Assembly (NCBI GenBank): GCA_040382075.1
Contig: JBEIGD010000018.1
Coordinates: 10,161 to 74,160 of the forward strand
Direction of reading: 5' to 3'
Length of the DNA: 64,000 bases
Origin: Opitutaceae bacterium
GTDB taxonomy: Bacteria > Verrucomicrobiota > Verrucomicrobiia > Opitutales > Opitutaceae
The first letter of the stretch is position 1. Each line of letters begins with the position of its first letter. The position numbers and the translations under genes are program-made. Shown one piece after another: positions 28,439 to 38,647 of this stretch. Under the pieces are notes generated by a model. It ran no database searches, was not told where the DNA came from, and saw nothing but the letters and a program-made list of their open reading frames with translations.

Positions 28439-29038
28439 TCAGACGATGTGGCTCTTGAGCGCCTCGAGCGCCTCCCACTCGCGCCCCCCGTGCATGGCGC
28501 GGACGATGCTCGCGTGCTCATGGTAGCTTTCCATGAGGTCGCGGTGCCTCGAGTAACGGAGGAACATCCGCAGCATGATGGGGAGCCACAGGTCGACGAG
28601 GCTTCCGTTGTCGGCCGTCTCGACGATCGAGCGGTGGAACGCCATGTCTAGCTCGACGACCTGACCGAGGTCGCTGCCTCCGCACGCCTCGCGGTAGAGC
28701 GCCAGGTTGTCATCGAGTCGGCGAAGCAGGTGCGGGTCGCGCGTGCCGAACCATGCGGTCACCGCCGACGCCTCGATCTCGCGCCGCAGGTGCACGATCA
28801 CGTTGCGCTTGAAGCCCGAGGGCTCGGCGGCGACCTTGACCCCGACGTTTGGCTTCGCCACGAGGAGGCCTTCCTTGGTGAGGTGCAGCAGCGCGTCGCG
28901 GATCGGTCCGCGGCTGATCCCGAACTCCAGCGCGAGCGTCTGCTCCCGGAGCGGTGTGCCGGGAAGGAGCTGGCCGGAGAGAATGCGCCGCCGCAGGTGC
29001 GAGGCGACCTGTTCCTGCAGGTTGGAGGCCAGCTTCAT
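28439..29038 (-). CDS. GntR-family transcriptional regulator, FadR/FCD subfamily
   Basis: Start taken at ATG 29036-29038 (MKLASNLQEQVASHLRRRILSGQLLPGTPLREQTLALEFGISRGPIRDALLHLTKEGLL). All-helical FCD-like C-terminus (D..FH..I...). The longer track ORF has an implausible Arg/Pro-rich leader. Confidence 0.8.
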   Translation of the reverse strand: MKLASNLQEQVASHLRRRILSGQLLPGTPLREQTLALEFGISRGPIRDALLHLTKEGLLVAKPNVGVKVAAEPSGFKRNVIVHLRREIEASAVTAWFGTRDPHLLRRLDDNLALYREACGGSDLGQVVELDMAFHRSIVETADNGSLVDLWLPIMLRMFLRYSRHRDLMESYHEHASIVRAMHGGREWEALEALKSHIV

Positions 29039-29096
29039 CAGGGTGGAAAGGGCAAGTCGGAGCGGCGGCGAACGCAATCCCGTTTCTGGGTCATTG

Positions 29097-29117
29097 ATTG
29101 TTGACAAATGACAATCA
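29097..29117. promoter_or_regulatory. GntR-type operator-like box in the divergent regulator / operon promoter region
   Basis: ATTGTTGACAAATGACAATCA. It lies 59 bp upstream of the GntR ATG and 95 bp upstream of the ATG at 29212. Confidence 0.55.
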
Positions 29118-29211
29118 AGCAAAATCCTGACGTTTTCCGTCATCGCGCTTCGCATCCGATTCCGGATGCTGAGTGTTCCCCAGTCTGCCCTGCAGTCTTT
29201 TTTCGTCCGCC

Positions 29212-30174
29212 ATGTCCACCCCCCTGAGCCGGCGTCCGAAGTCCGCGGTTTCGCGGCGCACCTTTCTGCAGCAATCGGCGCTCGCGGCCGTGGCGTTCGC
29301 GTCCGCGCCGAGTGGGAGGAGCGCGGCGGCATTCCCGAGGTTCGCGCTCACGTACGCCGTCGCCTCCAGTCTCTACGGCGGTCTCTCGCTCGACGAGATC
29401 CTCCCGGAAGTCGGGAAGCAGGGGTCTTCAGCGATCGATCTGTGGCCGCGGCGTCACGGCACGCAGCGTGAGGAGGCGGATGCGTGGGGCCGGGAGCGTT
29501 TGGTGCGGACGCTGGAGCGTCATGGCGTGACCCTGGGTTTGACCACGCGATTCGACCTCGGGCCTTTCGGGCTGGATGCGGAGATCGATTTCGTCCGTTC
29601 GCACGGTGCCCGCCTGATCGTGACGAATGCGAAGGGCGAGGCGGGGCTGAAGGGGGCCGCGCTGAAGGACGCGGTGCGGCGTTTCGTCGAGGCGATGCAG
29701 CCGACGCTCGATCGTGCGGGTGCGGCTGGAGTGCAGATCGCGATCGAGAACCACAGCAGCACGCTCATCAATGAGCCGGACGCGTTGCGCTGGCTGCGGG
29801 ACTTCTCGGTGGGCAAGCCGCTTGGCGTTGCGCTGGCACCCTACCATCTGCCGCAGGACCCGGAGTTGATGGCTGGCCTGATTCGGGAACTCGACGATCG
29901 GCTGGTGCTCTTCTACGCGTGGGAGTATGGGCGCGGTTGCATGAAGCCGATGCCGCTGGAGGAAGAGCTGATGCAACTGCCGGGGCGGGGTTCGCTCGAC
30001 TGGGCCCCGCTGCTGCGCGCGCTGCGGGACATTCGGTTTTCGGGCTGGACGGAGATCTTCATGCACCCCACGCCCCGCGGCCGGCCGATCCGGGAGACGG
30101 CAGCGCAGGTCACCGAGGAGGTGAATCGTGCCCGTGCGCACCTCGAGGCGGTTCTGCAGAGCGTCGCCCGCTGA
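29212..30174 (+). CDS. Tat-exported xylose-isomerase-like TIM-barrel protein (sugar phosphate isomerase/epimerase family)
   Basis: Start at ATG 29212. Twin-arginine signal SRRTFLQQSALAAVAFASA. TIM-barrel family pattern (IAIENHS..., WTEIFMHP). Confidence 0.65.
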   Translation: MSTPLSRRPKSAVSRRTFLQQSALAAVAFASAPSGRSAAAFPRFALTYAVASSLYGGLSLDEILPEVGKQGSSAIDLWPRRHGTQREEADAWGRERLVRTLERHGVTLGLTTRFDLGPFGLDAEIDFVRSHGARLIVTNAKGEAGLKGAALKDAVRRFVEAMQPTLDRAGAAGVQIAIENHSSTLINEPDALRWLRDFSVGKPLGVALAPYHLPQDPELMAGLIRELDDRLVLFYAWEYGRGCMKPMPLEEELMQLPGRGSLDWAPLLRALRDIRFSGWTEIFMHPTPRGRPIRETAAQVTEEVNRARAHLEAVLQSVAR

Positions 30175-32408
30175 TGCTCATGCACGACCTCGGACGGATG
30201 CGACCGGGCCGGCTGCTTCTCGCCGGCCTTGGGCTGGGATTCGCGGCGATGGGGGTGGCGGGCCCGGCGCCGGTGGTGGCGGGCTTCGAACGTTTCCATC
30301 GCGGGGCCGCGGAGGACTCCGGGTTGGCTGAGGGCGGCCTGCTGCTCCTCGGTGAGTTGAACTGCGTCGCATGCCACCGGCTCCCGGGCGGAGCGCCGCT
30401 TTCGGCACGGGCGCGGCTTTCGCTGGGTGACGTCGGCGCACGGCTCTCGTTGGAGTCGCTCGCGGCCTTCCTTGCGCACCCGGGTGGGGTGAAGCCCGGC
30501 ACGGTGATGCCGGACATCCCCCTTGCGCCCGACGACGTGCAGGCCCTCGCGGCCTACCTCGGATCGCTCGGCACGCCGCGGGAGGACGCGGATCTCATTG
30601 GGGGCGCGGTGGAGTCCGGCCGCGCGCTGTATCACGCCGTGGGATGCGTGGCCTGCCACGGCGCGGACGCGACGTGGGTGCATCCCGTGGCGGCGGGTGA
30701 AGCGGCCCCGCCACCGGCGTCGACTGCCGTGCCTCTGGTGCTGGGCGCGCAGTATGATCGCTCAGCGCTCGTTCGCTTCCTCATCGATCCCCTGACGACT
30801 CGCCCGTCCGGCCGGATGCCGGACAGCCATCTCACGCCCGCGGAGGCGGCGGACATCGCGGCTTACCTGCAGCGCGACCGGGAAGCGCCGACGCCGGCGC
30901 CGGCGCCGGCGCCGGCGACCGCCGCGACGCTGCTTGCCGAGGGACGACGCCTGTTCACGGCGCGGGGTTGCGTCGCGTGCCACGTCGTGGACGGCGGGGC
31001 CGGCCCGGCGGGGCCGACGGAGCTCTCGTGGCGCGGACCGGACCTGGCGGGTGGCGGCGAGGTCCTCGACCGCGGCTGTCTCGCGGCGGCCCCTGCGTCG
31101 TCGGCGCCCCGCTTCCGGCTCGACGACGCTCAGCGCCACGCGATCGTCGCGGCCCTGCGGCGTCTCAGCGAGGATGCGGCCTTCCTGCAGGCCGAGCCCG
31201 GGCGCGACGTCGAACGGTTCATGGCGCGCATGAACTGCTACGCGTGCCACGCGCGCGACGGCCGGGGTGGAGTTGAGCCCGCGAGGGCGCGCTTCTTCGA
31301 AGTGACCGACTCCGGTGCCCACTCGCTCGGGGAGATGGGCTCTCTTCCCCCGGTCCTCGATCATACCGGCCGCAAGCTGACGCGATCCTGGTGGGGTAAG
31401 CTGCTCTGGGAAGGCGGCGGCGAGGTCCGCCCGTACCAGGCGGCGCGCATGCCGGCGTTCGGGCGCGAGGCGTGCGAGCCGGTGCTCGACGCGTGGGAGG
31501 AAACGGACCGCCGGACCCCGCCCGTCGCGATCGACGTGAGCGGCCGCCAGCTCCACCAGCGCGCACGCAGCGGCCTCCGGCTGATGGGAACGCAGGATGG
31601 AGGCCTCGGTTGCATCACTTGCCACGGCCTGCGCGACCGGCCGGCGATTGGCGTTTCGGCGATCCCGCTTACGCACACGGTTGAGCGGCTGCGTCCCGAG
31701 TACTTCAAGGAACTCCTGCTCAATCCGCAATCGGTGCAACCCGGGACGCTGATGCCGCCGATGTTCATGGGCCGGCAGAAAGCGGACCAGGAGATCGAGC
31801 AACTCTGGACCTACCTGAAGGAGATCGACCAGCAGTTGCTTCCGGAAGGTCTCCTGCGGACGGGGGAGTACGAGGTCAAGCCCGAGGAACTTGGTCGGAC
31901 GGTGGTCTTCCGAACCTTCCTCGAGGGTGCCGGCTTCGAGGCCGTGGCGGTGGGCAGCCCCTCGGGCCGCCATGCCGCGTTCGACGCGCGGGAGGTTCGC
32001 TGGGCGCTGACCTGGCGCGGGCGTTTCCTCGATGCCCTGACCACGTGGGAGGATCGGATGATGGCTCCGGCGCGCCCGCTGGGCGAAGCGGTGACGACTC
32101 TGTCCCCGTGGACGGCCTTTGTGCGCGACGGCAGGGACTCGGCGGCGGTTGCTCCGGCGGAAGAGTTGGTCCGCTACCGCGGCTATGCGCTCGGGGCGGA
32201 TGGCATACCCACCTTCCGTTATGATCTTGGTCCGCTGCGCGTCGAGGACACGCTGCGCCCTGCGCCCTCCGGCGGGTATCGTCGCACCCTGCGGGTGAGC
32301 GGTGGCGGCCCCGGATGGCTTTTCCGCGGCGCGGTGCCCGGTGCGGTGCCGCAGCCCGTGGCCTTCGACGCGGCGGGCGAGGCCCGTCTGGAGGAGGAAC
32401 TCCCATGA
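30174..32408 (+). CDS. Membrane-anchored/periplasmic multi-haem c-type cytochrome (five CxxCH motifs)
   Basis: Start at ATG 30174 (MLMHDLGRMRPGRLLLAGLGLGFAA), overlapping the upstream stop (TGATG). CxxCH motifs at 30363, 30645, 30969, 31236 and 31611 (CVACH three times, CYACH, CITCH). Three are followed by distal Met contexts (GTVMPD, GRMPD, GTLMPP). Confidence 0.75.
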   Translation: MLMHDLGRMRPGRLLLAGLGLGFAAMGVAGPAPVVAGFERFHRGAAEDSGLAEGGLLLLGELNCVACHRLPGGAPLSARARLSLGDVGARLSLESLAAFLAHPGGVKPGTVMPDIPLAPDDVQALAAYLGSLGTPREDADLIGGAVESGRALYHAVGCVACHGADATWVHPVAAGEAAPPPASTAVPLVLGAQYDRSALVRFLIDPLTTRPSGRMPDSHLTPAEAADIAAYLQRDREAPTPAPAPAPATAATLLAEGRRLFTARGCVACHVVDGGAGPAGPTELSWRGPDLAGGGEVLDRGCLAAAPASSAPRFRLDDAQRHAIVAALRRLSEDAAFLQAEPGRDVERFMARMNCYACHARDGRGGVEPARARFFEVTDSGAHSLGEMGSLPPVLDHTGRKLTRSWWGKLLWEGGGEVRPYQAARMPAFGREACEPVLDAWEETDRRTPPVAIDVSGRQLHQRARSGLRLMGTQDGGLGCITCHGLRDRPAIGVSAIPLTHTVERLRPEYFKELLLNPQSVQPGTLMPPMFMGRQKADQEIEQLWTYLKEIDQQLLPEGLLRTGEYEVKPEELGRTVVFRTFLEGAGFEAVAVGSPSGRHAAFDAREVRWALTWRGRFLDALTTWEDRMMAPARPLGEAVTTLSPWTAFVRDGRDSAAVAPAEELVRYRGYALGADGIPTFRYDLGPLRVEDTLRPAPSGGYRRTLRVSGGGPGWLFRGAVPGAVPQPVAFDAAGEARLEEELP

Positions 32409-34096
32409 ACGCTCCTGCGACGTCCCGGTCGGTTGCGCATCAAAAATCCGGATACGTGCGGCGCCGTGATCCGCTGCCGGGTGTGAGTGCGGTTGTCCGG
32501 ATCCTCGGCGGGCTGCTGCTCGCGGCAGGGGCGCCGCGCGGTGCGGAAGCGGGAGCGTCTGCGACTGCGCCCGCATCCGCCCTTGCGCCTGCGTTGACGG
32601 CGGCCCCGACGCTCGCACCTGCACCCGCACGTGCGTCGGAACCGGCCTCGACGTCTGCCCCGAAACGCGCGTCGGAACCGGCACCGACACCGGCGTACGA
32701 ACGCGTGCCGTACATCCTCCCGACGGAGAGCAAGTTTGAGGTCAGCGGCATTGCCGTGCTGCCCGACGGCCGGGCCGCCCTCGCGCTCCGCAAGGGTGAG
32801 GTGTGGATCCTGGAGAACCCGCTGGACGACCCCGCGCAGGCGCGGTTCCGGCGGTTCGCGAGCGCGCTCCACGAGCCGCTCGGCCTGACGTGGCACGATG
32901 GTGCGCTCTACACGGCCCAGCGCAGCGAGATCACGCGGATCGAGGATCGCGACGGCGACGGCGTGGCGGACGTCTACGAGACGGCGGCGAAGGGCTGGGG
33001 CCTCTCGGGCAACTACCACGAGTACGCCTACGGTCCGGTCTTTGACCGGGACGGAAATCTCTGGGTGACCCTGAATGTCACCATCGGGCCGCCCGCGAAG
33101 ATCACGGGCCACCGGGAGGGTCCGCCTCTTTGGCGCGGCTGGGCGATGCGCCAGGAGCCGGGCGGCGAACTCCGGCCGGCGGCCGCCGGGCTGCGTTCGC
33201 CGTTCGGGCTTGGAGTCAACCTCGCCGGTGACGTGTTCGCCACCGATCAACAGGGGAACTGGTGGGGCACCTGTCCGCTCATCCATCTGCAACCGGGGAA
33301 GTTCTACGGGCACGCGGAGTCGATTCCGGACACCCGCCGCCCGGAGTCGCCGGTGCGCGATCCCGGCACGCTGCCCCCGGGCCTGACGGTGGTCGAGGCG
33401 GCTGACCGCATCCCCGGCTTCGGGCTTCCGGCGGTCTGGTTCCCCTACGTCAAGATGGGACAGAGTACCACGGGGGTGGTGTGCGACGGTACCGGCGGAG
33501 CCTTCGGACCCTTCGCCGGCCAACTCTTCGTTGGGGATTTCACGCTGGCCCAGGTGAACCGCGTCTTCCTCGAGAAGGTGGACGGTGAATACCAAGGTGC
33601 CTGCTTCCCCTTCATGGACCAACTGCAGTCGGCCGTGCTGCAGATGGCGTTCCTCGCGGACGGATCGATGATCGTCGGCGAGTCGAACCGCGGCTGGAAT
33701 TCCCTCGGCTCGCGCTCGTTCGGACTGGAGCGGATCCGCTGGACGGGGACGACGCCGTTCGAAGTCCAGAGCATGGAGGCCACGCCGGAGGGCTTCCGCC
33801 TGACCTTCACGGAGCCGCTGGCGGCTGACGTTGCGCTGATGCCGGAGCTCTTCGCCATGACCAGCTACACGTACCTGTATCGACAGGCCTACGGCGGCCC
33901 CGAGACGGACACGCGGCCGGTGGCGGTGGAGCAGGTCGCGCTGAGCGAGGACCGGCGGCGCGTGACCCTGCGCTGCGACGGACGTCGGCGCGGCTACGTG
34001 CACGAACTGGTGCTGGGTTCGCTGCGCTCCGCGACCGGGCAGGCCCTGCGCTACAATCGGGCTTACTACACCCTCAACCGCATCCCGGCTCCGTAG
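32405..34096 (+). CDS. Beta-propeller protein of the sorbosone/glucose-dehydrogenase-like (PVC-type membrane-bound dehydrogenase-like) kind
   Basis: Start at ATG 32405 (ATGA overlap with the cytochrome stop). Hydrophobic anchor, Ala/Pro-rich linker, then VLPDGRAALALRKGEVWILE...DRDGDGVADVYE...DRDGNLWVT propeller pattern. Confidence 0.55.
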   Translation: MNAPATSRSVAHQKSGYVRRRDPLPGVSAVVRILGGLLLAAGAPRGAEAGASATAPASALAPALTAAPTLAPAPARASEPASTSAPKRASEPAPTPAYERVPYILPTESKFEVSGIAVLPDGRAALALRKGEVWILENPLDDPAQARFRRFASALHEPLGLTWHDGALYTAQRSEITRIEDRDGDGVADVYETAAKGWGLSGNYHEYAYGPVFDRDGNLWVTLNVTIGPPAKITGHREGPPLWRGWAMRQEPGGELRPAAAGLRSPFGLGVNLAGDVFATDQQGNWWGTCPLIHLQPGKFYGHAESIPDTRRPESPVRDPGTLPPGLTVVEAADRIPGFGLPAVWFPYVKMGQSTTGVVCDGTGGAFGPFAGQLFVGDFTLAQVNRVFLEKVDGEYQGACFPFMDQLQSAVLQMAFLADGSMIVGESNRGWNSLGSRSFGLERIRWTGTTPFEVQSMEATPEGFRLTFTEPLAADVALMPELFAMTSYTYLYRQAYGGPETDTRPVAVEQVALSEDRRRVTLRCDGRRRGYVHELVLGSLRSATGQALRYNRAYYTLNRIPAP

Positions 34097-34181
34097 CGAA
34101 TCGGCGTAGCATGAGCGCAGGAAGATCAGCCGCGGAAGGGCATCAGGCCGGGTCGTTGGTCCAATTCACCTTTCTTCTACC

Positions 34182-35834
34182 ATGACACGAATCCACGTCT
34201 GGCTCAGCTGGGCGGCCGCGATGTTCCTCACCGCCGGCACCGTGACGGCGACGCGATCCGCTGCTCCTCAGGGACCGAGCGTGATCTTCATTCTCGCGGA
34301 CGACCTCGGCTGGGGGGATCTGCGCTGTTACGGCAACCCGGTCGTGGACACGCCGGCGCTCGATGCCCTGGCGGCGGGGGGAGTGCGGTTCACCGCGCAT
34401 TATTCCCCGTCGTCCCTCTGTGCGCCGGCGCGGGCCGGGTATTTGACCGGGCGCTACAACCACCGGACCGGAGCGGTCGACGTGCCCAGCAATCGAGGGC
34501 TCGACCGCCTTGCGCCTGGGGAACTCACCCTTGGCGACTATTTCCGTCACGCCGGCTACGCGACCGCGCTGATGGGTAAGTGGCACAACGGGGCCTACTC
34601 CCGCGAGCAACTGCCGCACCGGCGGGGATTTGATCTCTTCGTCGGCTATCCCAACGGCGGGCAGGACTACTGGCGGTGGAACCTCGTCCGCAATGACGAG
34701 CCCTTTCTTCACGATGGTCGGTACCTCTCGGACGCGATCGCGGACGAGGCGATTCAGTTCGTCCGTGCCCAGCGCGGCCGCCCCTTCGCGCTCTTTCTCG
34801 CGCATCCCGCACCCCACGGTCCTCTCCAAGCACCGGCTTCCCTGGTGGCAAAATACCGCGATCGTCTCGGGCCCGGTGGCTCCGAAGCGGTCGTGCTGAC
34901 CTATGCGATGATCGAAGCGATGGATGCGGGGCTCGAGCGCCTGTTTCAGGCCCTGCGCGACGAGGGACGGTGGGAAGATACGATTATCGTCTTCACCAGC
35001 GACAACGGACCGGTCCTGCGCCGCGATCCGTCGCGTGGCCCGCAGCAGCGCTTCAACGGTCCCTTTTCGGGTGAGAAGGAGTCTGTGCTGGAGGGAGGTA
35101 TCCGGGTGCCCGGGATCGTGAGTTGGCCCGGCCGCATCGCCGGCGGGCGGGTGGAGACCACGCCGGTGCACGGCTGCGATTGGTTGCCCACGCTCTATGG
35201 GTTGACCGGTCGGGCGGCGCCCTCCGGCGCCAAGCCCCTTGACGGCATTGATCTGCTGCCGCTGCTGGAGGGCCGGCCGTGGCCGGTCGGCGCGGAGCGC
35301 GAGATTCCGTTCCAGCGCAACCGCTATGCGCCGGTTGCCGGAAGCAACGCGGCGATCCGGGCCGGCCGTTGGAAGCTCTATTGGCCGGGCCTGGAGCCGA
35401 CCATGCTCAAGGACGCGACCCGCGACAACCCCTCCTACTTGCGAGGTGTAGTCTCCCCACCGTGGGAGATGCCACTCGACGCTCAGTTGGACGTCGTGGC
35501 CACCACGGCTCCGCGGTCGCCGCGGCTCTTCGATCTCGAGACCGATCCGGGCGAAGAGCGCGATCTTGCGGCGCTTCATCCGGAGATCGTGGCGCGGCTC
35601 GCGGCGCGCCACGCGGCGTGGTTCGCTCCGCTCGGGGAGCAGTGGCGGGAAGCGCGCGCCCAGATCGTCGCTCAGGATCGGGAATATTGGCGGACGCGCC
35701 CGGTTCCGGACGCGCGGGAACTCTTCCGGGACTTCTGGCTGTGGTCGCTCGCGCCCCCAGGCACGGATCCGAAGACGGCCGATCCACTCACCGTGTTCCG
35801 CGGCTACTGGACGGCGCGCGAAGAGGTCCGCTAG
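34182..35834 (+). CDS. Cys-type (formylglycine) sulfatase
   Basis: Signal peptide. Motif VIFILADDLGWGDL and the C-x-P-x-R box in SSLCAPARAGYLTGR. Confidence 0.9.
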   Translation: MTRIHVWLSWAAAMFLTAGTVTATRSAAPQGPSVIFILADDLGWGDLRCYGNPVVDTPALDALAAGGVRFTAHYSPSSLCAPARAGYLTGRYNHRTGAVDVPSNRGLDRLAPGELTLGDYFRHAGYATALMGKWHNGAYSREQLPHRRGFDLFVGYPNGGQDYWRWNLVRNDEPFLHDGRYLSDAIADEAIQFVRAQRGRPFALFLAHPAPHGPLQAPASLVAKYRDRLGPGGSEAVVLTYAMIEAMDAGLERLFQALRDEGRWEDTIIVFTSDNGPVLRRDPSRGPQQRFNGPFSGEKESVLEGGIRVPGIVSWPGRIAGGRVETTPVHGCDWLPTLYGLTGRAAPSGAKPLDGIDLLPLLEGRPWPVGAEREIPFQRNRYAPVAGSNAAIRAGRWKLYWPGLEPTMLKDATRDNPSYLRGVVSPPWEMPLDAQLDVVATTAPRSPRLFDLETDPGEERDLAALHPEIVARLAARHAAWFAPLGEQWREARAQIVAQDREYWRTRPVPDARELFRDFWLWSLAPPGTDPKTADPLTVFRGYWTAREEVR

Positions 35835-35920
35835 CCGCCGGGCGGGACGGTGATGCGGGGAGGCTGCGGGGCAGGCTCCGGCGCGAAATTGTGTCGCCTC
35901 AGACTCCGCTCGCTGCCTAA

Positions 35921-37222
<1,302 letters not shown>

Positions 37223-37259
37223 ACGCCGCGCCAGGCTGTTCTCGGCGGCGCGGGGCACC

Positions 37260-37733
37260 TCAGCGAGGCACCGCGTCGCCGTACTCGGCGAGCTCCAACA
37301 GCACGCCGTCGGGGTCGAGGAAATAGAGCAGGCGCTTGTCGCCGCTCGCGAATCGCGCGACACCGGCCGGCACCTTCACCGGGTCGCTGAGCAGTGTGAC
37401 GTTGGCCGCGCGGAGTCGATGGGCGAGGGCGGCGATGTCGGAGACGCGGAAGGCGAGGTGGCGCAGGCCAAGGGTGTTGGCGAGAGAGTTGGCGGGAATC
37501 GCGACCCCCGCCGGCGCGACGTACTGCAGGAGCTCGATGCGGACTCGCCCATCGGGAGCCTCCACGAAGGCGACGCGGCCCTTCACCCCCGGAAGCCGGA
37601 CGATCTCCTCGATCCAGGCGCCCTCCATCGTGACGTCCTGCGTCTTCCGCAGCCCGAGCACACCGGTATAGAAGGCGACCGAACGGTCGAGGTCGGCGAC
37701 GACGAGGTTGACGTGATCAATGCTGTGAATCAT
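37260..37733 (-). CDS. VOC-family protein (glyoxalase I / epimerase-like)
   Basis: MIHSIDHVNLVVADLDRSVAFYTGVLGL...LRHLAFRV...DPDGVLLEL. Confidence 0.7.
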   Translation of the reverse strand: MIHSIDHVNLVVADLDRSVAFYTGVLGLRKTQDVTMEGAWIEEIVRLPGVKGRVAFVEAPDGRVRIELLQYVAPAGVAIPANSLANTLGLRHLAFRVSDIAALAHRLRAANVTLLSDPVKVPAGVARFASGDKRLLYFLDPDGVLLELAEYGDAVPR

Positions 37734-37876
37734 GGGCGAAGCGCGGACTCAGACTGCGCCAGGGCGGAGCGGATCGTCAAGCGACGCGGATGGACTCCAC
37801 GGCGCCGTTGACCGACCGTCCGACGCGGGCCGCGTACGGGTAGGAGTGGGACCTGGACCGGTGAATCTCGCAACGA

Positions 37877-38509
37877 TTGCGTGGACGGCTTGCCCGTGCC
37901 GCGGCGTGCGGGCCGCAGATCGGCGTGCAGGTAAACGGGATCGCGGTCGCGAACGCCTTCATGTACTTCGTCCGCTTCGGCGTGGTGGACTGGATTCCGA
38001 CCTACCTCCAAACGGCGAAGCAGTTCTCGTTTCAGCAGTCGAGCGTGGCGTGGGCGGCGTTCGAGTTCGCGGGAATCCCAGGCACGATCCTGTGCGGGTG
38101 GGTCTCCGACCGGTACTTTCGCGGACGGCGGGCCCCGGCGACGATTCTCTTCATGGCGTTGACGCTGCTGGGGCTGATCGCCTACGGCCTCAATCAACGC
38201 GGTCCGCGGTGGATCGACATCGCGGCCCTCGTGGCGATCGGGTTCTGCGTGTACGGACCGATCATGATCATCGGACTGCACGCGCTGGACCTCGTGCCGA
38301 AGAAGGCGGCGGGGACGGCCGCTGGATTCACCGGCTTTTTCGGCTACGTCTTCGGCTCCGCGATCGCCGGTACCGGAGTAGGCTGGATCGCCGACCACTG
38401 GGGCTGGCCTGGCGTCTTCGGGACGATGATCGTCTGCGGTCTGCTAATCATCGCGTTCAGCGCGATGACCCTCGGCCACCGCTCACCGAGCAGTCACGCG
38501 GCCAAGTAA
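37877..38509 (+). pseudogene. 5'-truncated remnant of an organophosphate:Pi antiporter (GlpT/UhpC-type MFS) gene, C-terminal half only
   Basis: The translation matches only the second six-helix bundle (ANAFMYFVRFGVVDWIPTYL...GWVSDRYFRGRRAP...VPKKAAGTAAGFTGFFGY). The roughly 250 N-terminal codons expected upstream are absent. The space is occupied by the opposite-strand VOC gene ending at 37733. Confidence 0.6.
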
Positions 38510-38647
38510 GCCGGACGAGCCCGTGGGCGTCGCGCCCGACGGGTCGACGGGACGCGGAGAGCGCGAGAGAGCGGGACCGCCGGACCGGCCGATCGGTGGG
38601 CGAGTCGTCCCGGCTCGAGATCTGCACCGCCGGGCGGACGGGGTGGC

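Noticed and set aside
32540-32700. Ala/Pro/Ser-rich stretch with a short direct DNA repeat (GCGTCGGAACCGGC twice) at the N-terminus of the propeller protein.
   Set aside because: It behaves as a low-complexity tether between membrane anchor and propeller. It is not a mobile or regulatory repeat.
37226-37253. GC-rich inverted repeat CCGCGCC...GGCGCGG between the convergent metY and VOC genes as a bidirectional terminator.
   Set aside because: It has a short stem and no U-tract on either strand. It is plausible but too weak to list as a feature.
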